From assembly GCA_032718475.1 (NCBI GenBank), contig JAUCBJ010006900.1, positions 1 to 64,000 on the forward strand: a stretch of 64,000 bases of DNA. The letters are read 5' to 3'. Made by a program: the position numbers and the translations under genes. Source of the stretch: Nemertoderma westbladi. Its lineage: Eukaryota > Animalia > Xenacoelomorpha. The notes under the pieces were generated by a model. It had not been told where the DNA came from and made no database searches. It saw only the letters and a list, made by a program, of their open reading frames with translations. Below are positions 37,123-48,538 of the stretch, one piece after another (position 1 is the first letter of the stretch; each line of letters begins with the position of its first letter).

Positions 37123-37951
37123 CCTTGTTAGGCTGGTTTGTAGATTTCTTGTAAAATTACCCCTAAAAAATTGTACGTGTAATTTTTTGTGTTTATGTAG
37201 AGATTGTAATCTCACCCCGTAATTGTACGTAATTTGTAGTAATAAGTAACTTAGTAAATTAGAATTATTTGTTTTAGTGTCCAATAAGTAGCACTACACT
37301 GAGAGCGTTCAGCTTCTTTGTAGTGACTCCTTACCAGAAATAATAACATTTATTTCAAATATTGTAACAAAACCCATTAAACGGGTATATATATATTATA
37401 AATCAACTCAAACCGATTTATAAAATAGTAGGCCTGTCATACAACAATTAGGTCTTAATATCAGTTGGACTACTGCTTAAATAACGGTAATAAAGTAAAG
37501 TAAAGTAACTAAGTAACCCTAAAAATTCAGAAATTCAATTATTCTAAAATAATTGACGTACCGGTATTTACGATGGGCTTATTATATTTATTTCTATAAA
37601 TTTAAGCTGAAAATATATACCGGTATTCTGTAATTAATTCTAGTCTATAATTATACTTATATATACTATAAGTGTAAGCTGTATACCGGTATTCACGTTA
37701 GGCTTATTATATATCTATATATTTGCGCTGAAATTATATACCGGTATTCTGTGACGATCCCTAATATCCTATCCGTAATAATACTTATATACACTATAAG
37801 TGTATACCGGTATTCTAATATATTGTATATATATCACGTTACATAGAGTAACGATATCGGTAATTAATTACTAGGCTAACAGTTGATACTGAATTACTAG
37901 ACTTGCTTTAACTGTAATTATAGCAGTAGGCATACAACTGTACAAACAAAC

Positions 37952-39949
37952 ATGTCTGACCTAAAGCAAAACCTGTCAGACAGTCTCCTAGATACAACCA
38001 TCTGTGACCCAGATAGGAGTGCGGAACGTTTGAGACCGAAGTTCAACTCCCCTCCTACTGTAAGAAAGGTCATCCCTCCAGTAGTAGTATCAGACCCTAG
38101 GCTAGTCAAACACCGTAGGTCTATCATAGGCACTCGGGCTCAAGTCAAGCGAGACCAAGAAGCAGCTGTTAAACAGCAGCAACACCCGAGCCGAGAACTT
38201 ATTTCTCAGCGGCCCGATAGCTCCAGTAGTTCAAATACTGTAGAGCTGACACCCGAGCGTGGAGCAAAGATGGCAGATGCGGTTTATTCGGATCCCCTTC
38301 TCATTCTTCCTGCAGCCGTACTCACTAGGGTATTGATTGCGGTGGAGGAACACCAAATCGATTGGGCGAGAAGTAAGCGATCGACCAAGGACAGTTATGC
38401 GGGATACACAAGGGAAGAACTGAAGTCTATTGTCGAGACGCAATGGAACTTCCCCGGACCCGGACTCCCGTTTCACTTATCGGAAGCTGCCTGGGAGGAC
38501 TTATACAGGATGGGAGTGACAAAAGACACTAGTGATCCAGCTGTGTGGAAGAGGTCGGCAGCAGGATATGTACAGGGATTCTTCAGCTCTTTGGAGCGAT
38601 TAGAGGAACAACTGTTTCAACAACATCAAGGACCTCAAGAGCAGGGAGAGCTGCTTTATCAAGTTCGAGTAAGAATCCTAAGAATCAGACTACTCCTATC
38701 AGCCTTTGAGGAAGCTTCGAAGAGAACCCAAGACACGTCGTTGCAAGTTGCCGTCAAGACTTGGTTCCAACGGGTGAGTCTCAAGGTTCAAGGAACGACC
38801 CAATGGAAATTTCAGCTGTCTGAGCGCTCAACCTACGGAGAATCAACAGACGCTACCTTTTCTCAAGTGGAAAGCGAAGCGACAGCAGAGAAACCTCAGA
38901 AGAAGGATGCTATTGACATCTATCTGTCGGACTATCAACGATTTCTAGGTGACGAAGAGTTGAGGAGACAGCTGGCTGGACTTCGTCCTAATAGTGAAGG
39001 AGCCAAGTTTGTGTTGGACGCAATAGATGCGGAAATGTTAGCTGCGAACCAAGCTAAATTTGGTGAAAGCAGCCGCATCGCTAGGGTTCAAGAATAACAA
39101 ATAAAGAAAAAACGTATAGAAGACAGAAAGACAGCAGCAGCGGCAGCGGCAGAGGCAGAAGCGGAAAGAAAGGCAGCAGAAGTGGAAAGGAAAGCGGCAA
39201 TGGCAGCGGCAGAAGCGGAAAGAAAAGCGGCCGAAGCGGAAAGAAAAGCGGCCAAAGTGGAAAGAAAAGCGGCAGTGGCAGCGGCTGAAGTGGAAAGAAA
39301 AGCGGCCGAAGCGGAAAGAAAGGTAGCAGTGGCAGAAGCAGAACGGAGGGCGTCTGAAGAGACCACCCAACTAGAGTTGGAAAATCTTCAAGAGAAGCAA
39401 GACTACATAGATAAACAGAGAACAGCTAGTCAGTGGCAGATGATAAGTCGATCTACTCCCAAAAGACAGGGATTTACATCATCTGATGAAGGCGATACAA
39501 CAGATCCTGAAGGCGGAGGAAATAGAACTCGTTCCAGTAGGTGTAGAAGAACGCCCCACCGTCAGAATTTGCCTAATTTGCCCCCAGCTGTGAGAAGGCA
39601 ACTAGCTAGCACAGACTTAGGTAGTACAGAACCCACAGACCAAATTATTAGAGTAGAAAGACTCCCTACTATAGTAGATGAGCCTGAAATAATTAGGCCT
39701 GTTCTCGAAGCCACCCCTTCTGTGATAGAGACCCCTGTACTTCCAGAACCTAACTCTAAATTCCCTTTGCACAGTACTAAACTACCTGTATCCAGTGGGA
39801 CAGTTCCTCAGTCAACTCCGGTCCTGGACGCCGAGCGAGACATTAACAATTTGTCACCCGTCATCCCTCGTCTACCCGCTACTATGTTGGCGGCTCCCAC
39901 TTCGGCGGTCGAGTGGGTGGATGAACGACGGCGGGGGAGAAGCCATTGA
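37952..39949 (+). pseudogene. gag: Outer-copy gag N-terminal extension (one in-frame TAA at 39095-39097), truncated by deletion
   Basis: ORFs 37952-39097 and 39182-39949 are in the same frame; homology to 33618-32130. Confidence 0.85.
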
Positions 39950-42785
39950 TGTGGCCAAAGGAACGGTAGAATGCTTAAAAAGAGGTGGATTTCGATTAAC
40001 TAAATTCACCAGCAACTCCCGTGAGTTTCTGGAGTCGATCCCGGTAGAAGATCGAGGAGCGAAAGACCTAGATCTAATCAAAGATGATCTTCCAGAAACC
40101 AAGACACTTGGTTTGAAATGGGACACAGAGAGAGATATCCTGTTTTTCCAGCTAAAACAGCGAGATAATCCAGTTCGGACTAAACGGATTTGTCTAAGTA
40201 TCCTGAGCACTTATTTCGATCCATTGGGATTTATTAGCCCAGTTATATTGATTGCTCGGAGTTTAGTACAACAAATGTGGCTTGAAAACCACTCATGGGA
40301 CGATCCACTTAAGGGAGAACTATTAAAGAAATGGATGAAATGGGAAGATTCTCTACCATCCATCGAGAACTTTATAATTTCCCGTTCATATTTTGGTCAT
40401 GTTCTCCCCACGTATTCCTATCAACTCCATGTGTTTGGAGACGCCAGCGATATTGGAATAGGTATAGTAGCCTACCTGAGAGTTGAAACTCCGGATGGAA
40501 TCAAGGTCGCCTTGGTTACCTCTAAGGCCTTGATAAACAACAAGTTGAAAGTTCCTCGAGCGGAGTTAAAAGCGGCTCTATACGCTACAGCCATCGGCCG
40601 GAATGTAACAGAACAGATCGACTATCCACTGGAGAAAACTGTCTATTGGACCGATGCTTTACTCGTGTTGGAGTATATAACCAATGAAGTCTGTCAGTTC
40701 AGCGTCTTCGTTACCAACAGAGTAGCCATTATACTTAGTCGCACGAAGATAGATCAATGGAGACATTGCCCCGGAACGATTAATCCAGCCGACATCGCCT
40801 CCAGAGGAGCAACTCCACAAGAACGGATAGATACTCCAGATTGGTTAGGTGGACCCGACTTCCTAAGCAAAGAAGAGGATGAATGGCCTCCTCATCTTAC
40901 CACGGCGGAGATTAGACAAGCCAAGGGAGCGGAGAAAGTCAAACCTAAAACCCGAGCGAGTAAATCGAAGTTATTTAAACCCGTGATAGATCTGTCTGTA
41001 CTACACACTTCCGGAGACGACGCTTTGGATCCAAAAACCCCAGCCACAAATAAGTCTGTTGTGGAAATCAGAGAGAGAGATTGGAAATCTGGAACACCAG
41101 ACGTCTCGCAGGGACTCTCACCCCTCCTGCAGAGAGCGATACATCACTATAGTTCCTGGAATCGGCTCTGTAAGGCCGTTACATATTTAAAGCGATGTTT
41201 TCATCATCACTACGCCAGGACGAAGAACACTAGTGATACCGCTCCACTGACATCTGCGCAGGTACATGTTGTTAAAGATCTTCCCAAAAACAAGATATCA
41301 GACAGATTTCTGAAGGAGAAGATCAGTTACCAGGAGCATGAAGAAACCAATAAGCAGATACTGAGACTCCTGCAATGCTATGAGGATTCCGATAAGTATT
41401 TCCTGTTGTTGAGAAATCCACAGATGCACTTAAGGGATCGTTTCTCTAGCACAATGATAGATGGGTTAATACGCGTTGGAGGAAGACTAACTAATGCTCC
41501 ATTATCCTTTGACACTAAGTTTCCTATACTCATTAGAAATCTTGAAATACAAATCAAGATGATTGTAGATGTTCACAGTAAGCTTTATCATGCTGGTAGA
41601 GAACGAGTTCTTGGCGAAATTCGAACTCGCTATTATTTTCATAAACCCCGTAGAGCTCTGAACCAAGTTCTTAGGAACTGCATACCCTGTAAGAAAGCAT
41701 TCAGTAGGCCTTTAACACAGCGAGAGGCAGAATTACCTAGGGAACGAGTAAGCTTCTATGAACCACCCTTCACAAATACCGGTGTGGATTTATTTGGCCC
41801 TATTGAAGTATATCGTGCTAGGACTATAGTCAAGAGATGGTGTGTCATCTTTGTCTGTATGACTTGTAGAGCTATCCATCTCGATATGGTGAACAATTTA
41901 TCTACCAATAGCTTCATATTGAGCTTACGCCGACTGATCGCTCGCTTTGGAACTAGTAACACGATGAGATCTGATAAGGGAACAAACTTCATTGGTGCCA
42001 ACAATGAAATCAAGGCTTACGTCAAAGATTGGAACCAAAGACAGGTGGACGATCAGCTAAGGGTAACAGCGTCTAGCTGGACCTTCAACGCCGCCGACGC
42101 CCCTTGGTGGGGAGGAAGTTGGGAGAGATTAATCAGGAGCGTGAAGACCGCATTTCACTTTATAGTGCCGTGCCGCACGTATCTCACCGACGAACTTTTG
42201 CGGACGTTAATGGAGGAAATCACCGCCTATCTCAACGAGAGACAGCTTATGCCAGTCTCATTGAGTCCCGATTCCCTGGAAGCGCTAACACCCACGCACT
42301 TCCTACTGAAGAAACCTGTAGCCATGCTCCCACGATCGGAAATCACGGACGGGGACGAATACTGCCGGCAAACTTGGCAACTTATGCAGTTGTTATCCCG
42401 TCGTTTCGCTGACCATTTCGAAAAACATTATCTGCCTACGCTACAACTTCGAACTAAGTGGTTTGCGCAGCAAGAAAACGTCAGCGCAGGAGACATGGTC
42501 CTTATTGTGGAGTCAGATCTTCCACGTAAGCGGTGGCAGACAGGTCGTATCATCGAGACTCATATCTCAGATGATGGTTTGGTGCGATCGGTAGAACTCG
42601 TCGTCATGCGATGTAACTTTAAGAAACCGGGAATTATCTTCGAGACGCAGCAGCTCAATCGCCCAGTTGGTCGTTTATGTTTACTGGAAAGAGACAGAGA
42701 ACTCTCCGGAAACTATGGAAGGCAAGATACTCTTCCCACGACCACCTCCCTAATCCAACCAACATCCAGGGACTCCCCAACGTGA
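39940..42785 (+). pseudogene. pol: Outer-copy pol fragment: RT thumb, Pao RNase H, integrase (RT catalytic core deleted)
   Basis: GGFRLTKFTSN, KTLGLKWD, TKRICLSILSTYFDPLG, LHVFGDAS, YWTDA, NPADIASRG, H..LYHAG..CIPCKK, TGVDLFGP, CMTCRAIHLD, SDKGTNF, APWWGGSWERL. Confidence 0.93.
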
Positions 42786-44246
42786 CAGCGTCTGGAGTGA
42801 CTATATTATTTCATCTATTTTTATTATTTTTATATTTATGTATGTATTATTATGTAATTTTATTATAATCGTTTTCTTTAATTTTATTTAGTAGAATGTT
42901 ATTTTAGCGATTATTTAGTAGATTAGTGCAATATATATTAGTGTTTATTACTTACTTACTTATATTATATTATATATTTAGTGCGACGGCGAGAAATAAT
43001 TCTTTTTCTCTTTCCTTACTGTCCGTATCATATTATAAATACGTGACTACAGTAAGATGAAATGTCCGTACTTATTAAAGTACAATAAAGCTCCTACTAT
43101 ATTCAAGTATTATTGGTAAGTAGAGTATTAGGAATGCAAAATTCAGATCCTCGTGTCTCGGTTAAACCAAGCTCTGGGTAGACCTTGGAAACGACTTGCC
43201 TCTTCTCACTGACATTGCTTCTTGCAATATTGCTCTCATACCGTATATTAAATAATACATATAGTTGCGTGATGTCCCTTTAACAGTAGCGTAAAACGCA
43301 AAATAAATCTGTTAAACCCTTTGACCATCTGTAATTCTAGTCGATTAAGATATCGCGGCACCCACCGATATACTTAAAAGACAAAATTCTAGTCCCCAGA
43401 CATGCTCTGGAATAAAATTATGTCTGTTTTAAGGATAAATAATAAAATTTACGGGAATAAATTTAAATTCATCTCTTTTAATGAACTTGATAAATTGTTA
43501 TTTTATACAATTTATAATATTCCCAAATTTCCATTAATTAATAAATCATGGGAGCGGAGATTCACCCTATTAAGTGTATTAGTGTGCGAGAATCTCCAAT
43601 ATATAGTCAATAGCCGATAAAATTCATAAAATCATGTATAAAGGGGATATTGACAATTAAAGAATTACTATTAAATGGCATCCCAGATCTGTATGCATGG
43701 GAATTACCCTAATTCTACCGCTAGCTTTCCATAATGTCACCATAGCAACAACCACGCTAGAATTAGAAGCGAGTTAAAAGAACAATAGAAAGCTTGCCCC
43801 ATTGAATAGCACAGGGAATAAATAGCACACTGCTAGTATCTAAGGATACATAATAATAACGTGGCATTCTGGAAGGCACTTGACTAACGGACAAATGGCC
43901 CGAATGTGTACAATTTGTGACAGTTGTGTGGAATTTGTGCGTTTATAGGTGAATGTTACTACTAAAGTGTGTTTACAGTAGCGAGTCGCAATTGTGAAAG
44001 TAGCCCTACCTCTGCAGTAAGAACCTGAAGTAAATCTTTGCCCTTGGGACGGACAGTGGAGTGACTCGCGCTGGTTATCGTTGTCGTTGTGTAGCTACTA
44101 CGTTGGCGAAAAACACAGCGACGACGGTACATCGGCGCTGAGGATCTTGCGCTGTCCGGGGGCCGTGAGGGGTAGGCAGCGACGCCCGCTAGCCTAATAA
44201 CCCTCTAATAAACTCATTATAATATTGATAAACTCATATAGCAGCT

Positions 44247-47200
44247 ATGACTGAGTTGATAGAAGATGATCTTGGTATCAGGGAGCGATATACTCTACCT
44301 TTACAAGCGTTTGTTGATAGCTTGATACGCGGTGACGCTAGTCCAACTCCTATGGAGGACGATGGTCGTTATATCGAACCGCCAATGTCCCAGGAACAAC
44401 TTACGCGTGAATTGGACTATAGAAAATTCACCGCTTGCTATACGCATCGTAATGGTACGTATATGGACTTCTTAACTACTGGCCATCCTATCGATTTACA
44501 CGATACGGACGATGTAGACACCGAAAGGGAAATGGTTTTATTTAAATATCATACCCAGCAGAGTCAGAACGATAAACCAGAATAGAACACGAGAATTCTA
44601 TTCGAAACCGACTCGAAAGAGAAGATGTTGAAGAGCCGGATAAACGCAGTGACTTCAACGATTATCTGGAATTCTTGAGAGAAACATATCTCAATATTGC
44701 CAGTCAACAAAATCTAGAAACTCGCTATCCTCAAGGTATACATCATGACCCTATGATAGAACTCAAACGGCTCTATTTCACTATGATGTATCTTACCGCC
44801 GATTGACCGCTACCTGTCGTCCCAGATAGCTTCGAACAGATGGAGGAATATTGTAAAACTGGAGAACGATCACCCGCGTTTCCCCTGCAGGACGTGCGTC
44901 TTTGGTATTACTACGACGAATGCCCTAGACCCAATCAGCAAACGGAAAGACATAAACATCCGCGGAGACGTTGCGCTAAACACAGTTTTACACGATATAC
45001 TTATGGGAGTTTCGAGCGAAACCTGTTCGACGTATCACCTACGCTCGCTCGACTCAAACGATCCTTAAATAAACCCATGATCAGAGTTCCGGAATACTTG
45101 GTCAGACCTGCTCATTCCTTAGTGAGACCTCAAACGCTTGATCCTAATAGTATAACGGATCCCCCTGAACTGTACTCACTATTTAAAGATCTTGTGTTAC
45201 CCGAACAATTAATCGGTGGCACTCCGGTAGTGGGCTCGCTAGATATTCGCCCTTCCTACCTAGCCGGATTGGGACGCGGGCATCTAATATCGCCGTTCAA
45301 CCCATACAATCGTCCCGGTTTAACCCCGATACAACCCGTTACCAAAGTCGAGGAGAGCGTTGTACGAAACGCGTTAGACGCTATTCGGCAGAAGATCGGA
45401 AAAGGAACCTACGATTGTTTAGACAAACGCAAATTACAGCAACAAGTCCAAGCAGTGAAGGAATTAGCTTTACCTCAGTTCGATCGAGAAATCCAGAACC
45501 TCGAGGAAGACATCGAACTTGGACGAACCTATTCTCTACAAGAGTTCCTAAACGAGCGTTTACAATGACAAGCGGTGGAAAATCAGCTCGAGGAGAAACA
45601 CATAGAAATGGATGAGAGAGAAGAAGCAGCTTTAGCCCAGCCAGAAGCTCAAATCCTTATGACTGATCTCTATTCTAAAACCATCATTCATCCTTCGATG
45701 GTTCCCCATTTCGGAGACAAACTCTTCGCCACGGCACAACCTCAACTGGTTGATATCAACCTAAGATCTCGGGATCTTATCGCTGACGCTCCTATGTTAC
45801 AACGTCCGCCAATCGAGGCCGCTCGTGTCGATGGTATACTCGTAGAACCTCCGGACAATAGAGCTGATCTCGTCCGTCGTATGGTACACGAGGTCAACAT
45901 ACGCGCTAGACCTTTACCGAACTCGTTTTATGGGATCAAAGATCACCCTTATTATGTCAATCTAACTCAATATTACATGGTAAAACCGGAAGATCCTACA
46001 CATAGTCTAAGGTTTCTACCACTAATAAATCCTCTCGATCTTGTCGAACTCGAACAACTGCAGAAACATCTGGATCAGTTAGTGAAAGTAAACTCATTCC
46101 GAAAACCCTATAATGTTTCCAGAATAGAGAAGGATATAATACCTCCGTATAATCTCGATGGATTTATCAAAACTCGATTAGTCCACTGGAATCTCGACGT
46201 GTTATTCGAGGAGGAGATCTAGAAAAGTATAGAGATCTACCTAACGCTAGCGAATGCGCCACCTTGTGGCATCCAGTGGGAATGACCCTAGAAAACGCCA
46301 CTAAAGAGTGGAACGAAACTCTTAACGTTATAGAGATGTATGGAGTTGTCACTTACGATAACGAAGGTAGCGTTCCGGTTGGAGAACTGGGAACTACGCG
46401 CATGATACATATACAAGGACTAGCTGGTTCTACCCACGTATTTACTCGAGCGTGTTCCGACGTGATTGATTATTCTTTTGAGACCCTCACCGAGATACAA
46501 AAGAAACTCCGACATGGACAATTCGAACTCGAGCAGCGTTACGTCACTGACACCGAGCGCAAACCGGCCATGGGTATCGATGGATCGATGTTACCCCAGC
46601 CCGTGCTCGAGATGTTGTTTAACGAAAGAATCCTTAAAATCGGCTCAGCTGTTTATGGAGATCTCCAAAACGACTTTAGGAACATGGAGAATATCCCATA
46701 TCCTTTCGTAGATACTCAGCTGATTGCTCCCTGGGCAGAAGGCCGAGGTTTCTTCCGCACTATGTATGCCAATACGCCCAGCGGTATCACTAAAAGTACA
46801 ATGAACTTCCATCGGACATCTTGCCTTTCAAGAATACGGATGGAATTTCAAGGTCGGAAACCCTATCAACTATCAACAAGTATATGGAGATCATTATTCT
46901 CGATTATACTTTGATTGACCATTGACCGTACCTGGTGTCGTGTATAGCTTCATGAGTGTTCCACTTCGTCCCTCCTTAGCTATATACACGATCTTTGAAA
47001 ACGCCACACTTGCCGGGTGGCTAGCCGATGTGTGCAGTCGTACTATACGCGCCCATCCCTTAATACTTGGAACCAAACTCGCCAAGCTATATGAACACAA
47101 TAAATTCATCCGCTTCGAATGCTTCAGGCGCTTTCTGACTCCGTTCCGTAACGTTGATAGTCAGTTCAAGGACCGCGCTCTGACTAAGCTCAGCCTAAGA

Positions 47201-48460
47201 GACTCAGCTGCTGAGAAGTTAGACAGCGCTGGATTCGCCATTTTCAAGGACATTTGTATACAGAACTTACATTCCTCTGTTATACAAAGACCTCGAATAC
47301 CCACAGGTTATTCTATCGTGGAAGTTCAGACAGTGGGTTCGCTTGAGGAGACAGCCGCACCTACCTCAGCTATGCAATTGGAAGACGAACCAATATGCTT
47401 AGAATCCGAGGAGATTCAGCCTACAGCGCCCCGGAGCAGCGACAACGACTACGTCTTGGAATGGTATCAAGGTACACAATGTCTCACCGCATACGATTAT
47501 CGGCACGCCAACTATGTTTCTCGAAAACGTTGCCGATTATGCACATCGAGAGATCATCTCACCCCCATGGACTCAGACGTACCCTGCTCCTATTTCCACG
47601 AACAACCGGCGATGGAGATTTATTGTGCGTATTGCAGACTCAATAACTTGCACATTTTCGCAGTCTGCCCCCAATTTATGACTCAATGCCATCATTGTCA
47701 ACTTAAAGGACATCCCAGTTTTGATTGCCCTTTTAACCGCGATCTGGAAAGTGTAGATGAAATGATTACACTACGCTACATCCGAGCTTGGGAAGCGAAT
47801 GCGGATTTACATTGTGAGTCACGCCATCGTTATTACCCTGGATGCGCCTACGAAGGAGTTTATGCATTCCATCCTTATCTATTCGCGTCTGTTGAACAAA
47901 AATCACGCACACCGAGTTACGAACTAATGAAGCGTGTTGGTGAGTGTATTTCAACCAAATTTGTTCGTAAATATCTCAGGAACATTAATCCTAACGATAT
48001 TAACTCCTATAACTTGATCAACTTCATCCGTCAAGACCCGGAGTATGGCGATTTGTTCATCAACTCGCATCCAGAGTTACAGGAAGTGCATCGACGGCCC
48101 TACGAATATCGAGCCCGAGAACGCGAGTTGGAAAGAACCATTAAACCGAGGAAGTTTCTCACTACTCACGGTCCACCTACTGCTATCGTTCAGACGACTC
48201 GTCTGGGACCAGTAGGAGCTGCTGTCCTAAAACGCGCTCTAAAGGCCGTTAGACTTTGCTCCACTGAGGTTGATATCGATCAACCAGGTACCTCGACCGG
48301 CGGATACACCGACTGTAATCCTAAACCTTCCAATGCAATTGTATTGCACCCTTCACCCAGGAGTTATAGCCCTCCTAGTAAAGTGGCTCGCCCCAAAGAG
48401 AAAAGGACTCTTGCTAGCCTCAAAAAACTGCGTAAACGCCGTCCGCGCAAGAAAGACTAA
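44247..48460 (+). pseudogene. Extra post-integrase ORF (~1300-1400 codons when joined): unknown N-terminus, DEDDy-like 3'-5' exonuclease, three CCHC-type zinc knuckles, basic C-terminal tail
   Basis: Contiguous ORFs 44247, 44840, 45575, 46264 and 46922 separated by single in-frame stops or frameshifts; VVTYDNEG, LPQPVLEMLFNERILKIGSAVYGDL, FVDTQ motifs; CRLC..H..C, CAYC..H..C, CHHCQLKGHPSFDC; KKLRKRRPRKKD. Confidence 0.75.
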
Positions 48461-48538
48461 CTGTTTAGAGTATTTTTATATTTTAGAAACTGTGATTTTT
48501 TATATTTTATAGAATTAAATCCCATTTTCTAGGAGCGG

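Noticed and set aside
47531-47728. Nanos-type zinc finger assignment
   Set aside because: Superficial H..D..V.C...YC..C...H....CP resemblance, but the spacing differs from Nanos (CX2CX12HX10C-X7-CX2CX7HX4C); reported only as generic CCHC knuckles.
44247-48460. env gene interpretation of the post-integrase ORF
   Set aside because: No signal peptide, transmembrane helix or furin-site/fusion-peptide layout is visible; nuclease-like and zinc-knuckle motifs are present instead.
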